Assembly: GCA_964372085.1 (NCBI GenBank)
Contig: CAYJPQ010000005.1
Span: 27,449 to 91,448 of the forward strand
Length of the DNA: 64,000 bases
From: an uncultured Bifidobacteriaceae bacterium
GTDB lineage: Bacteria > Acidobacteriota > Vicinamibacteria > Vicinamibacterales > UBA2999
Reading direction: 5' to 3'
Shown: piece after piece, positions 25,164-34,963 of the stretch
How positions within the stretch are numbered: the stretch's first letter is position 1
Layout: the number at the start of each line of letters is the position of its first letter
Made by a program: the position numbers and the translations under genes
The notes under the pieces: generated by a model
What the model was told of the DNA's origin: nothing
The model's database searches: none
Seen by the model: only the letters and a program-made list of their open reading frames with translations

Positions 25164-26339
25164 TTGAGCACCCGCTACCAGACGGTCGCGACGGTCGGTC
25201 TGCTCGCATTGCTGACCGTCTCTTCCTACGGGCTCCGGTTGGCCCGGCCGGCGCCCCTGCCCGCCGAAGGCGCGCTCCAGGCTGCGGCCCGGTCGCTGGA
25301 GACCTTCCCGGTCTTCATCCAGTCAGGCGAAGCGTGGGCCCAGCCGGTGGCGATCTATGCCTCTGCCCTCGGCAGGGGCCTGATTCCCGGGAGCAGCCAT
25401 CCGGGTCGATGGGCGGCCGCGGCGGTGGCCGCCCTCAACGTAGGCCTGATCTTCTTCATTGGCCGGAGGCTGACAGGCCGCTATTGGATGGGCGTGGTGG
25501 CGGCAATGCTGCTGGCGCTCACGCCGGCGCACTTCGCCTATGGCCGCCTTGGGCTGGAGGCCATCTACCCCGTGCCGTTCGTCCTGGGCTGGCTGCTGTG
25601 CGTGCTGCTGCTGCTCGAGCGCGATCGTCTGCTGCCCGCGGTGGCCGCGGGCCTGTGCCTGGGCGCGGGGGCCTACACGAGCACCGCCGCTCCGCTGACG
25701 ATGGCGGCGTACCTGGCGCTCACCGTGGCGGTGCTGTGGCAGCAGGGCCAGCGAGGTTGGCGCATCCACGCCGGGGTGCTCGCAGGTTTCGCGGCACCGC
25801 TGGTCGGTATGCTGGCGTGGTTCGCGAGATACCCCGAGACGTATCCCGACACCATGGGTGCGTGGGCTATTCACGCGGCGCACATCCGCAACCCCATCGA
25901 CCTGGCGCGGGCCTTCGTCAACTGGAACACCCTCGGCACGCGCGCCTCCTTGTATTGGGACGCGTTCAATCCGGTGTACCTGTTCCTGCCGGGCGGCCCC
26001 CCTGCCGGAGGCGTGGTGCGCGGCGCCGGTGTCCTGCTGACGCCGGTGGCGCTGCTGGTGGCCGCCGGCGCGTGGCACGCGGGATCGAGGCTTGCGCCGC
26101 CGCACCGCCGGCTGCTGCTGGCCGCTATCGTGCTGGCGCCGCTCGCCGCCAGCACCTTTGGCGAACGCTACGCCATCGACCGGTCGTTGGCCATCGTGCC
26201 GTTGCTGATCGTGCTGGCCGCCGTGGGCGTCGCGAGCCTGCTCGACTCGCCGCGAGCGGAGGTTCGCGGCGCCGCGATTGCGCTGCTGGCGGCGGTGCCG
26301 CTGCAGTTCTGGATCTTCCTCCGCGCCTACCTGGCGTAG
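25164..26339 (+). CDS. polytopic membrane protein, GT-C (ArnT/PMT-like) fold, membrane module only
   Basis: About 10 predicted TM helices and a layout similar to the adjacent GT39-like gene; TTG start only 11 nt after tRNA-Val, so the start is uncertain. Confidence 0.55.
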   Translation: MSTRYQTVATVGLLALLTVSSYGLRLARPAPLPAEGALQAAARSLETFPVFIQSGEAWAQPVAIYASALGRGLIPGSSHPGRWAAAAVAALNVGLIFFIGRRLTGRYWMGVVAAMLLALTPAHFAYGRLGLEAIYPVPFVLGWLLCVLLLLERDRLLPAVAAGLCLGAGAYTSTAAPLTMAAYLALTVAVLWQQGQRGWRIHAGVLAGFAAPLVGMLAWFARYPETYPDTMGAWAIHAAHIRNPIDLARAFVNWNTLGTRASLYWDAFNPVYLFLPGGPPAGGVVRGAGVLLTPVALLVAAGAWHAGSRLAPPHRRLLLAAIVLAPLAASTFGERYAIDRSLAIVPLLIVLAAVGVASLLDSPRAEVRGAAIALLAAVPLQFWIFLRAYLA

Positions 26340-27910
26340 GCGGGCGCGGGGGCGCCCTGGCGCTGATACACCGCGTACAACGGCGTCCCGTCAGTCTCGG
26401 TAATCCGCCGGCGCTCTTCCCATCCAGTGGCGCTGGAGAGATCCGGGCAGTCGGTGCCGGCGCGGCACACCACCACGGCCGGCGCCGCCACATCCGCGGG
26501 CCTGAAGGTGTTCGGATCGAAGTAGACGGGACTCCCCACAAGGTCGCGACGGCCGCGCGCGATGGCATAGAAGCGCCAGTAGCGCTCCACATACGGAATA
26601 CCGCGGCTCACGAAGATCAGGTCAGCGCCCTCCTCATCCGCGTCGAGGGCCGCCTGCACGGCCCCGCGGATATCGCCGCCAAACCAGGTCGCGGCCCGGT
26701 CCTGGTACGGCCCGACGTAATCGGCGTAGAACCCCCAGAACTGGATCGGCACCGTCAGGAGCAGGGCCAGGGCGCCCCACCTGATCATTAGCCTCGTGCT
26801 CCGCCAAAGCGCCTGCACACCATAGGCTGCGGTGAGCACGCCGAAGGGCGCGGCAAACAGCACACGATTCATCTCGAGGTGCCCGGAGATGACACCGGCC
26901 AGCGGCGCGGTCGCGAACCCCGCCAGCACCAACGCACCCAGTGCGCCTCCCCGCCCGCGTGCGATCTGGAAGATGCCCACCGGGATGAACACTGCCAGGG
27001 CCGCCGCGAAGTAGCCGGCCTGCCGCGTGGAATTGGGCAGGCTCGAATCACCCGTCACGAACAGGTAGTCGGGGCTGAAGAACGACCAGAACAAGCCCAC
27101 GCGCAGCCGCGCGAATTCGTAGAGACCCGCCCCGGCCGGCGCCGCCTCACCGCTTGCGGCGCCCATCAGGCGGTACGACTCCATCAACTGGTCGTACCGA
27201 TCGGGATGCGTCACCTGCCACGCCAGGATGGGCACGAGCGCCAGGACGAAGATGCCGATCAGGCGGCCGGCTTGGTGCGCCTGGCCTCGCCGTGCCAGCC
27301 ACAGCAGCGTCAGGAGGAGGTAGAGCGGCATCATCACGACGCAGGCGAGGTAGCTGTACACCGCCAGCCCCAGCACGGCGGCGCCGGCGGTGAGCGCGCG
27401 GCGTTCGCCGGTGCGGCTGAACTGATCCAGGCACCACAGCCAGACCAGGATGAACGGCACCGGGTACAGGATGCTGAGCGCCATGCGGCTGTGCATGAAG
27501 TGGGCCGGCGTCATGGCCAGCATCACCGCGGCCCACAGGCCAATCCACCCGCTGCCGAACACGCGCGAGGCCAGGACGAACATCAGCCCCACGTTGGCCG
27601 CCCCCATGAGGGCGGTGGGCAGCCGCACGGACCACTCCGAGAGCGGCAGCACCTCGAGCACCAGTGCCGTCACGTAGATCACGAGGGGGTCGCGCCCAGC
27701 CGGGAACTCCGGCTCGGCGAAGTACAGCGGGAACCGGCGCCCCGACAGGCTGCGCCCGTCGGCTGCAATCGACTCGGCCTGCAGGCTGAACTGCATCTCG
27801 TCGTGCAGCATGTGGCGGGGCGCCTCGCCCAGGCGCGTAGCGTACATCCCGGCGGCGCTGGCCGCGACGAGCACAGCGGCGAAGGCGATCTGGCGCGTGG
27901 AAAGCGGCAA
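26327..27910 (-). CDS. GT-C family glycosyltransferase (family 39 / ArnT-like)
   Basis: First-loop acidic motif MLHDEMQF, multiple TM helices, soluble C-terminal domain; TTG start. Confidence 0.75.
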   Translation of the reverse strand: MPLSTRQIAFAAVLVAASAAGMYATRLGEAPRHMLHDEMQFSLQAESIAADGRSLSGRRFPLYFAEPEFPAGRDPLVIYVTALVLEVLPLSEWSVRLPTALMGAANVGLMFVLASRVFGSGWIGLWAAVMLAMTPAHFMHSRMALSILYPVPFILVWLWCLDQFSRTGERRALTAGAAVLGLAVYSYLACVVMMPLYLLLTLLWLARRGQAHQAGRLIGIFVLALVPILAWQVTHPDRYDQLMESYRLMGAASGEAAPAGAGLYEFARLRVGLFWSFFSPDYLFVTGDSSLPNSTRQAGYFAAALAVFIPVGIFQIARGRGGALGALVLAGFATAPLAGVISGHLEMNRVLFAAPFGVLTAAYGVQALWRSTRLMIRWGALALLLTVPIQFWGFYADYVGPYQDRAATWFGGDIRGAVQAALDADEEGADLIFVSRGIPYVERYWRFYAIARGRRDLVGSPVYFDPNTFRPADVAAPAVVVCRAGTDCPDLSSATGWEERRRITETDGTPLYAVYQRQGAPAPAYAR

Positions 27911-27919
27911 GCGCCGCCA

Positions 27920-27925
27920 ATTGTA
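27920..27925 (-). promoter_or_regulatory. candidate -10 box TACAAT 9 nt upstream of the GT39-like start
   Basis: minus strand gggggTACAATtggcggcgcTTG. Confidence 0.35.
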
Positions 27926-27950
27926 CCCCCGCTCCCGGCGTCGGGCGGGG

Positions 27951-28508
27951 CTAGCTGGGCTTCTTCAACTCGGCGAGGAGCACGTCCACGGCCTTCGCGT
28001 ACGCGGCGTCGGCTTCGGCGTGGGCCTTCATGTAGTCGGCCTCCGACATCTTGTCTTCCTTCCAGTTGCCGTCGAACCGAATGCTCTTGGCGGCCACGTC
28101 GTGCGAGTCGGCCGGTGCCTGCCTGTTCTGCGGCTTCACCCGGATGCCGTCCGCGCCCAGGTCGGTCACGAAATGTCGGGTTGCGACAATCGACGCGCTG
28201 TTCAGGTCGATGTACACCTCGCGATAGTCCTTGCGGATCAGCTTCTCGTTCAGCACGGCCGGTGCCGTGGTCTTGGCCCACACCACCATCAACTGTCCCG
28301 GGAACGCCAATGCGCCCACGAAGGTCTCACCCTCGTCTGGCATGCGGGCGGCGATGCTGTCGAGCTTCTTGGCCGCGAGCAACTCGGCCAGTTCCTTGGC
28401 GGGGGCGGCAGACTTCAACTCTTGCGCACGCGCGGGCGACGCCGACAGGCCCAACAGCAGGGCTGGCACCAGGAACAGGGAGACGGAGGGGGACAGCTGG
28501 GATTTCAT
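27951..28508 (-). CDS. hypothetical secreted protein
   Basis: Signal peptide MKSQLSPSVSLFLVPALLLGLSASPARAQ; no recognisable domain; start could also be 28517. Confidence 0.55.
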   Translation of the reverse strand: MKSQLSPSVSLFLVPALLLGLSASPARAQELKSAAPAKELAELLAAKKLDSIAARMPDEGETFVGALAFPGQLMVVWAKTTAPAVLNEKLIRKDYREVYIDLNSASIVATRHFVTDLGADGIRVKPQNRQAPADSHDVAAKSIRFDGNWKEDKMSEADYMKAHAEADAAYAKAVDVLLAELKKPS

Positions 28509-28544
28509 GCCCCTCATGTAACACCCGGGGCACGCCGGCGTCAA

Positions 28545-28982
28545 TCAGCCGATGAAGAGCGACTCGTCGTCGTCCGCGGCGGGGCGCGCCGCATGGCGGC
28601 GGCGCGAGGCCTCGCGGAAGCCCTGGAGCGCTTCGAACACCGCACGGACGCCGGCGACAATCGCCATGCCCTGGCGGGCGGGACCGGAAACAAACGATTG
28701 CGCGACCGACAGCGTCTCGTCGAGGCGCACCGCCATCTCGCCGAACACCGTGTCGAGCCGCTCCACCTGCCTGGCCGCCAGCGAGGCGGCCCGTGAGGCC
28801 TCGCTGGACATCGCAGTGAGGTGGGCCAGCAGCGGCTTGACGTCCTGGTCCAACTGGCGGGCGATCTGATCGACCCGGCGGGCGACGCGGATCCCGGCCA
28901 CGATGGCGGCCACCTGGATCACGGCCATCACCGTCACCGCGAACGCGATGAGGCCGAGAAACAGCTCGCCGGTGGAGCTCAC
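28545..28982 (-). CDS. membrane-anchored coiled-coil protein (DUF948-like)
   Basis: N-terminal TM LFLGLIAFAVTVMAVIQVAAIVAGI followed by helical heptad-like region. Confidence 0.5.
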   Translation of the reverse strand: MSSTGELFLGLIAFAVTVMAVIQVAAIVAGIRVARRVDQIARQLDQDVKPLLAHLTAMSSEASRAASLAARQVERLDTVFGEMAVRLDETLSVAQSFVSGPARQGMAIVAGVRAVFEALQGFREASRRRHAARPAADDDESLFIG

Positions 28983-29254
28983 GCCTGATCCCCCCGCTCG
29001 CGAGCCGCCTGGAACGCCTCGCGCCCGCGATCGACCGCGCTGGCCAGGTTGTCTTTCTGGCGGGTGTAGTACTCGCGGCCCTGCTCCATCGCGTCGCGGG
29101 CCTTGTCGCGGCTCTCGCGGGCCTTCTGGCCGAGGAACTCGCGCGTCTCTTCACCGGACGCGGGGGCGAACAGCAGGGCCACGGCCGCGCCCGTGAGCGC
29201 GCCCAGCGCGAAGGCGGTGATTACGGTACCGGCGCTGATGTTGTCGTTGGACAT
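28979..29254 (-). CDS. YtxH domain-containing protein
   Basis: AFALGALTGAAVALLFAPASGEETREFL YtxH signature; ATGA-type overlap with the downstream gene. Confidence 0.7.
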   Translation of the reverse strand: MSNDNISAGTVITAFALGALTGAAVALLFAPASGEETREFLGQKARESRDKARDAMEQGREYYTRQKDNLASAVDRGREAFQAARERGDQA

Positions 29255-29263
29255 GACGGGCTC

Positions 29264-30304
29264 CTAGAAGATGCTGACCTTGACGTTCAGGTATTTCTTC
29301 GGGTCCTTGCGGATGTCCCCAATGAGACTCCGCACCTCGGACACCGTCTGGTTCATGTTCTCATATAACTGCTTGTCGTGCAGCAACTGGCCGGCCGTGC
29401 CCTGCCCCTCGCCCAGTTCCTTCACAAGCGTGTCGAGCCGGGCCGTCATCGAGTCGAGCCGCTCGTAAAGCGCGTCGTCGGTCAGCAACTTGCCGGCCGT
29501 GCCCTCGCCGCGATTCAGCTTGCCGGCGATGCCCTCCATGCTCTGGGTCGTGGAGGTGAGCGACTTCGAGAACGCCGGGTCATTCATGAGCTGGCCCAGG
29601 CTCCCCTCGCCGTTGCGCAGCTTCGCCGTCATCGTGTTCAGGTTGGCCACCGCCTGCTCGAGTTCCGTGTACAGCTTGGCATCGGTGGCGAGCTTGCCCA
29701 GCGTGCCGCGCCCCTCGTTGACCGACGACGCCAACTGTTCGGCGGCCTTGACGAACCCGTCGAGCTCACGAAACAGCGAATCGTCCGTGAACAGGCGCCC
29801 GAGGGTGCCCTTGCCGGCCCGCAGGTCCTGGATGGCCCGCTTGGCCTCCGCCAGGCCGTCGGTGGCCTCGGCGGTGAGCTGCGCGATGCTGCCGGCCGCC
29901 GGGCCCGTGCGCACGTACTCCCATTCCTTCAGCGGCGTGCCGGTGGGTGCGGCCGAGATGTCCACGGCGCCCTCGCCCAGCAGGGAGATCGATCCGATCG
30001 CCGCCGTCGACTTGTCGGTGACGAGCGGGCGCATGGTGTCCTTGACGCTGAACCACACCTCCACGCCGCTGCCGGAGAACTGGACGCTCTCCACCGCTCC
30101 CACGACGACGCCCGCTACGCGCACGGGCGATCCGGCCTTGACGCCGGCCACGTCCATGAAGATGACCTTGAGCGGGTAGTTCTGCCAGAAGAACCCGCCG
30201 GTGCCGCCCACGGCGAAGATCAAGATGGCCGTCATGACCAGGGCGAAGATGGCAATGATGCCAATCTTCAGCTCGGCCCAGGCGAGTGAACGTGTGCGGG
30301 GCAT
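29264..30304 (-). CDS. mlaD: MlaD/MCE-family protein with five C-terminal GxGTxGKL repeats
   Basis: N-terminal TM plus MCE domain (VAGVKAGSPVRVAGVVVGAVESV); repeats GKGTLGRLFTDD, GRGTLGKLATDA, GEGSLGQLMNDP, GEGTAGKLLTDD, GQGTAGQLLHDK. Confidence 0.85.
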   Translation of the reverse strand: MPRTRSLAWAELKIGIIAIFALVMTAILIFAVGGTGGFFWQNYPLKVIFMDVAGVKAGSPVRVAGVVVGAVESVQFSGSGVEVWFSVKDTMRPLVTDKSTAAIGSISLLGEGAVDISAAPTGTPLKEWEYVRTGPAAGSIAQLTAEATDGLAEAKRAIQDLRAGKGTLGRLFTDDSLFRELDGFVKAAEQLASSVNEGRGTLGKLATDAKLYTELEQAVANLNTMTAKLRNGEGSLGQLMNDPAFSKSLTSTTQSMEGIAGKLNRGEGTAGKLLTDDALYERLDSMTARLDTLVKELGEGQGTAGQLLHDKQLYENMNQTVSEVRSLIGDIRKDPKKYLNVKVSIF

Positions 30305-30319
30305 GGTGGCTCGTCCTCG

Positions 30320-31171
30320 TTACGAAAGAAACGTCTTCAGGTAGGTGTCGGTCGACTGGCGCAGCTCGTCGGCCGACCCCTCGAATGCAACCTCGGCGTC
30401 GCGCAACATCAGGAAGTCGGCCTGCGCCAGCTTACCCTCGTCGGCGCGCACCATCCGCGGCGGGCCTCCCCCGTTCGGCTCGACCGCGTGGTCGGCCACG
30501 TAGAAGGCGTCGCGCAGCTGGTGCGTGACGATGACCGTCGTCACCTGCTCGATGTCGCGCAGCTTGATGATCTCGGCGTCCACCGTGAGCGAGGTCAGCG
30601 GATCCAGCCCGGTCGTCGGCTCGTCGTACAGGAGCAGGCTGGGCTTCGCGGCCATGGCCCGGGCGATGGCCACGCGCCGCCGCTGGCCGCCCGACAGTTC
30701 GGACGGCATGCGATCGATGTGCTCCGCGAGCCCGATGAAGCCCAGCACCGACTCCACGCGGGCCCTGACCTCATCGAGCGGCATGCTGGTCTCTTCGTAG
30801 AGCTTGTAGCCCACGTTCTCGCCCACCGTCAGCGAGTCGAAGAGCGCGCCCTCCTGGAACACCATGCCCATGTGGTGCCGCACGCCCATCATCTGCAGCT
30901 CGCTCAACTCATCCACGCGGTGCCCCAGCACCCAGATCTTGCCCGAATCGGGCTTCAGCAGGCCCAGCATCAGCTTCAGGATGGTCGACTTGCCGGCACC
31001 GCTGGCCCCCAGGAAGATCTTGGTGTGGCCGGCGCGCACGGTGAAGCTGACATCCTTCAGGATCACATTCTCATCAAAGGCCAGGCACACCTTGTCGAAC
31101 AGCACCACGGGCGCGTGGGGCTCGACCAGCTCGATGGGCACGCCGAAGTCGGTGATGGTCTTCTGTCGCAT
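30320..31171 (-). CDS. mlaF: ABC transporter ATP-binding protein (MlaF-like)
   Basis: Walker A GASGAGKST, signature LSGGQRRRVAIARA, Walker B LLLYDEP; ORF 30320..31936 trimmed to MRQKTITDF; 1-nt overlap with mlaE stop. Confidence 0.9.
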   Translation of the reverse strand: MRQKTITDFGVPIELVEPHAPVVLFDKVCLAFDENVILKDVSFTVRAGHTKIFLGASGAGKSTILKLMLGLLKPDSGKIWVLGHRVDELSELQMMGVRHHMGMVFQEGALFDSLTVGENVGYKLYEETSMPLDEVRARVESVLGFIGLAEHIDRMPSELSGGQRRRVAIARAMAAKPSLLLYDEPTTGLDPLTSLTVDAEIIKLRDIEQVTTVIVTHQLRDAFYVADHAVEPNGGGPPRMVRADEGKLAQADFLMLRDAEVAFEGSADELRQSTDTYLKTFLS

Positions 31172-31959
31172 CAGAACAAGACGGAAATAAGCAGGCGCGT
31201 GAGGAAGAAGTCCACCACGAGCACGGTGACCGACGCCGCCACGACGGCGTTGGTGGTGGCCCGGCCGACGCCCTGCGTGCCGCCGGTGGTGCGCAACCCC
31301 ACATGGCACCCGATGCTGACGATGATGAAGCCGAGGAAGAAGGGCTTGATGATCCCCATCCACACGTCCTGCATGTAGAGGCCCTCCACCACGGAGGTCC
31401 AGTACACGCTCGACGTCACCCGCAACTGGGTCACGGCGATGATCGACCCGCCCAGCAGGCCGACCGTGTTCGCCACGGCCGTCAGGATGGGGCACATGAT
31501 GAATCCGGCCAGCACGCGCGGCACCACCAGCTTGCGGATGGGATCGGTGCCGAGCGCGCGCAGCGCGCTGATCTGGTCGGTCACCATCATCGATCCCAGC
31601 TCGGCGGCAATGCCCGAGCCGACGCGGCCCGACAGCATCAACGCGGTCAGCACCGGCCCCAGCTCCTTGATCATCGAGGCGCTGATCAGGCGGCCCACGT
31701 AGGGCCGCGCGCCGAACTGGTCGAGGACCATGCCCGACTGCAGCGCCAGCACGGCGCCGGTGAAGAAGCCGGTGAGCAGGACGACGGTCAGCGACCCCAG
31801 GCCGATGATGTCGATCTGCTCGATGACGTCGCGCGGGTAGAACGGCCGCGACACCGAGCCGCGGATGGCCGCGCCGCACAGCTTCATGTACTCCTGGACC
31901 TCGAGCAGGGCCTTCTTGGCCCACTCGATCCACCACCCGTCCTGCGGCGCCGCGTTCAT
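31171..31959 (-). CDS. mlaE: ABC transporter permease (MlaE-like)
   Basis: MlaE-type 5-6 TM permease sequence; ATGA overlap with uvrB stop. Confidence 0.9.
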   Translation of the reverse strand: MNAAPQDGWWIEWAKKALLEVQEYMKLCGAAIRGSVSRPFYPRDVIEQIDIIGLGSLTVVLLTGFFTGAVLALQSGMVLDQFGARPYVGRLISASMIKELGPVLTALMLSGRVGSGIAAELGSMMVTDQISALRALGTDPIRKLVVPRVLAGFIMCPILTAVANTVGLLGGSIIAVTQLRVTSSVYWTSVVEGLYMQDVWMGIIKPFFLGFIIVSIGCHVGLRTTGGTQGVGRATTNAVVAASVTVLVVDFFLTRLLISVLF

Positions 31960-33995
31960 CGCGCCCCCCGATCGCCGAGCCCGAGCTCGCGCGTCTTCAG
32001 CGACCGGATCTGGTCGCGCAACGCGGCCGCGCGCTCGAAGTCGAGGTTGCCCGCCGCCGATCGCATCTCCTGGTCCAGACGTGCGATGTGGGCGTCGAGT
32101 TCCGCCTGCGACCGGAACTGCGGCCGGGCGTCACGCGGGTCGGGCACCGCCATGTAGTCGCGGTCGTACACGCTGGAGAGCACGTCGTCGATGCCCTTCA
32201 CGATGCTGGTGGGAGTGATGCCGTGCTCCTCGTTGTAGGCGGCCTGGCGGATCCGCCGCCGTTCGGTTTCGTTGAGCGCAGCGCGCATCGAGTCGGTGAC
32301 GGTGTCCGCATACATGATGACACGGCCGTTGACGTTTCGCGCGGCGCGTCCCGAGGTCTGGATGAGAGCACCCGCCGACCGCAGGAAGCCCTCCTTGTCG
32401 GCGTCGAGGATGGCCACCAGCGACACTTCCGGCAGGTCGAGGCCCTCCCGGAGCAGGTTGATGCCCACCAGCACGTCGAACACGCCGCGCCGCAGGTCCC
32501 GCAGGATCTCCACCCGCTCCAACGTGTCGATGTCCGAGTGCAGGTAGCGCACCTTCACGCCCAGTTCCTGGTAGTACTGGGTGAGGTCCTCGGCCATGCG
32601 CTTGGTGAGGGTGGTCACCAGCACCCGCTCGCGCCGCCCGGCGCGGTCGCGAATCTCCTTCAGCAGGTCGTCCACCTGGCCCTTGGAGGGCCGCACCTCA
32701 ACCGGCGGATCCATCAGCCCGGTCGGGCGAATCACCTGCTCCACCACGACGCCGCCTGCCTTCTGCAGCTCGTAGGGGCCGGGCGTGGCCGAGACGTAGA
32801 CGACCTGCCCCACCCGCGACTCCCACTCCTGGAAGTTGAGCGGGCGATTGTCGAGGGCCGACGGCAGCCGGAAGCCGTACTCCACCAGCACTTCCTTGCG
32901 CGAGCGGTCGCCGTGGTACATCCCCCGAATTTGCGGCACCGTCTGGTGGCTCTCGTCGATCACCACCAGGGCGTCGGCGGGCAGGTAATCGAGGAGCGTG
33001 GGCGGCGGCTGGCCGGCCTGGCGGCCGGTGAGGTGCCTCGAGTAGTTCTCGATGCCGTGGCAGTAGCCGATCTCCCGGATCATCTCCAGGTCGAACATCG
33101 TCCGCTGGTGGAGCCGCTGCGCCTCCAGCACCTTGCCCTCGCGCTCGAGCAGGTCGCGCCGCTCGCCGAGCTCCGCCTTGATCGTGACCACGGCCTCGCG
33201 GAGGCGCTCGCGGCCCGTCACGAAGTGCGACTTGGGATACACGGCCGTGCGGTCGTGCCGCTTGAACGCCTTGCCGGTGAGCGGGTCGAACGACACCAGC
33301 TCGTCCACCTCGTCGCCGAACAGCCCGATGCGCAGCGCATACTCCTCGTAGGACGGGTACACCTCGACGATGTCGCCGCGGACGCGGAAGGTGCCGCGGC
33401 CGAACTCGTGGTCGTTGCGCTCGTACTGGATTTCCACCAGCTTGCGCAGGATCTGGTCGCGGTCGATCCGCTGCCCGCGCTCGAGCGGGAGCACAAGGCC
33501 ATAGTACGCGTCGGGCGAACCCAGGCCGTAGATGCACGAGACGCTGGCCACGATGATGACGTCGCGCCGCTCGAAGAGCGAGCGCGTGGCCGACAGTCGC
33601 ATGCGGTCGATCTCGTCGTTGATGGTCGACTCCTTCTCGATGTAGGTGTCGCTCGACGGGACGTAGGCCTCGGGCTGGTAGTAGTCGTAGTAGCTGACGA
33701 AGTACTCCACCGCGTTGTCGGGGAAGAAGCGGCGGAACTCCTGGAACAGCTGGGCGGCCAGCGTCTTGTTGTGCGCCATCACCAGCGTGGGCCGGTTCAC
33801 GCGGTCGATGACCTGGGCCATCGTGTAGGTCTTGCCCGACCCGGTGACGCCGAGCAGCACCTGGTGCTTGTCGCCGCGGTCCAGGCCGGCCACGAGCTCG
33901 GGCACGGCATGCACCTGGTCGCCGCGCAGCTCGAAGTCGGAGGCGAGTCGGAAGCGGTCGGTGACAGAGGGCATGGACGGGGTGTGCCGGAGCAC
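31956..33995 (-). CDS. uvrB: excinuclease ABC subunit B
   Basis: Walker [13 protein letters not shown] box, C-terminal UVR domain ([17 protein letters not shown]). Confidence 0.97.
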   Translation of the reverse strand: MLRHTPSMPSVTDRFRLASDFELRGDQVHAVPELVAGLDRGDKHQVLLGVTGSGKTYTMAQVIDRVNRPTLVMAHNKTLAAQLFQEFRRFFPDNAVEYFVSYYDYYQPEAYVPSSDTYIEKESTINDEIDRMRLSATRSLFERRDVIIVASVSCIYGLGSPDAYYGLVLPLERGQRIDRDQILRKLVEIQYERNDHEFGRGTFRVRGDIVEVYPSYEEYALRIGLFGDEVDELVSFDPLTGKAFKRHDRTAVYPKSHFVTGRERLREAVVTIKAELGERRDLLEREGKVLEAQRLHQRTMFDLEMIREIGYCHGIENYSRHLTGRQAGQPPPTLLDYLPADALVVIDESHQTVPQIRGMYHGDRSRKEVLVEYGFRLPSALDNRPLNFQEWESRVGQVVYVSATPGPYELQKAGGVVVEQVIRPTGLMDPPVEVRPSKGQVDDLLKEIRDRAGRRERVLVTTLTKRMAEDLTQYYQELGVKVRYLHSDIDTLERVEILRDLRRGVFDVLVGINLLREGLDLPEVSLVAILDADKEGFLRSAGALIQTSGRAARNVNGRVIMYADTVTDSMRAALNETERRRIRQAAYNEEHGITPTSIVKGIDDVLSSVYDRDYMAVPDPRDARPQFRSQAELDAHIARLDQEMRSAAGNLDFERAAALRDQIRSLKTRELGLGDRGAR

Positions 33996-34007
33996 ACCAT
34001 CGTACCA

Positions 34008-34910
34008 CTACTGCTGGGCGGCTTTGTAGGGGGCGAAATAGCCCTTTCGGGTGCGCACCTTCACGTCGGGCCGCTTCACCCGCACCTCGACCTTGCGCCA
34101 GGCCCCGTCGGCGGTGGTGTTGCCCGACACGTAGCCCAGGTGGTATTGGCCCCGGATCTCCGCCAGCACCTGGTCGTACACGGACTCCACGGCCGTCATC
34201 CGGGTCGGGAAGAAGGCCTGTCCGCCCGTGGTCTCGGTCATCTGGCGCAGCCGCATCTGGAGGTCGAGCCGCGCCGACCCCGTGCGCTCCGTGAGGCCGA
34301 TGGCGTACACCGTGACCGGGCTGGCCTTGAGCAGGGTGAGGGTGTCGGGGAAAGTGAGCTGCGACCGGGTGTCGCCCCCGTCCGTGTACATGACGAGGAT
34401 CCTGCGGCCGTCCTGTTGGCCGGCGCCGTGGAGGTAGGTGCCGAGCGCGTCGTAGAGGGCCGTCCACCCGTCGGGCTTCCGCAGGCGGATGCGCTCGACG
34501 AGGCGGGGAAAGTCGCGCTGCGGGTACCGGGTGATGCGCACCTCGGTGTCGAAGTCGACCAGCGTGATGTCCACCGCCTCGGGCAGCCGGTTCAGGAAGC
34601 GGACGGCGGCGCTGCGGGCCAGCTTCAGGTCCTGCTCCATGCTGCCGCTGGCATCGAGCATCAGGCCCAGGTGCATCTCGGGGCTGGTGTCGCCGTCGCC
34701 CCGGGCGAAGAACCGCAGCGGCTCGGGGCGTCCGTCCTCCACGAGCTCGAAATCGCCCTCGGTGAGGTCGGTGACGAGCGCGCCCTTGCGATCGACCACC
34801 GTGACCCCGAACGTCACCAGTTCAACGCCGGCGCGAAAGGTGAGCTGCTCGGCCGCCAGCACGGCCGCCGCGCACACTATCGTCACGAGCAGGACGCCCA
34901 CCCGTCTCAC
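34008..34910 (-). CDS. secreted von Willebrand factor A domain protein
   Basis: Signal sequence, VWA MIDAS-like LMLDASGSM, layout like the VWFA-related domain proteins common in Acidobacteria (recognised from memory, not searched). Confidence 0.8.
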   Translation of the reverse strand: MRRVGVLLVTIVCAAAVLAAEQLTFRAGVELVTFGVTVVDRKGALVTDLTEGDFELVEDGRPEPLRFFARGDGDTSPEMHLGLMLDASGSMEQDLKLARSAAVRFLNRLPEAVDITLVDFDTEVRITRYPQRDFPRLVERIRLRKPDGWTALYDALGTYLHGAGQQDGRRILVMYTDGGDTRSQLTFPDTLTLLKASPVTVYAIGLTERTGSARLDLQMRLRQMTETTGGQAFFPTRMTAVESVYDQVLAEIRGQYHLGYVSGNTTADGAWRKVEVRVKRPDVKVRTRKGYFAPYKAAQQ

Positions 34911-34949
34911 GGCGCCATGCTAGCAAATTACCCCCGGGGGAAACGCGGC

Positions 34950-34955
34950 TATAAT
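34950..34955 (+). promoter_or_regulatory. candidate -10 box TATAAT 8 nt upstream of the DHH gene GTG
   Basis: gcggcTATAATcgaaggtcGTG. Confidence 0.4.
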
Positions 34956-34963
34956 CGAAGGTC

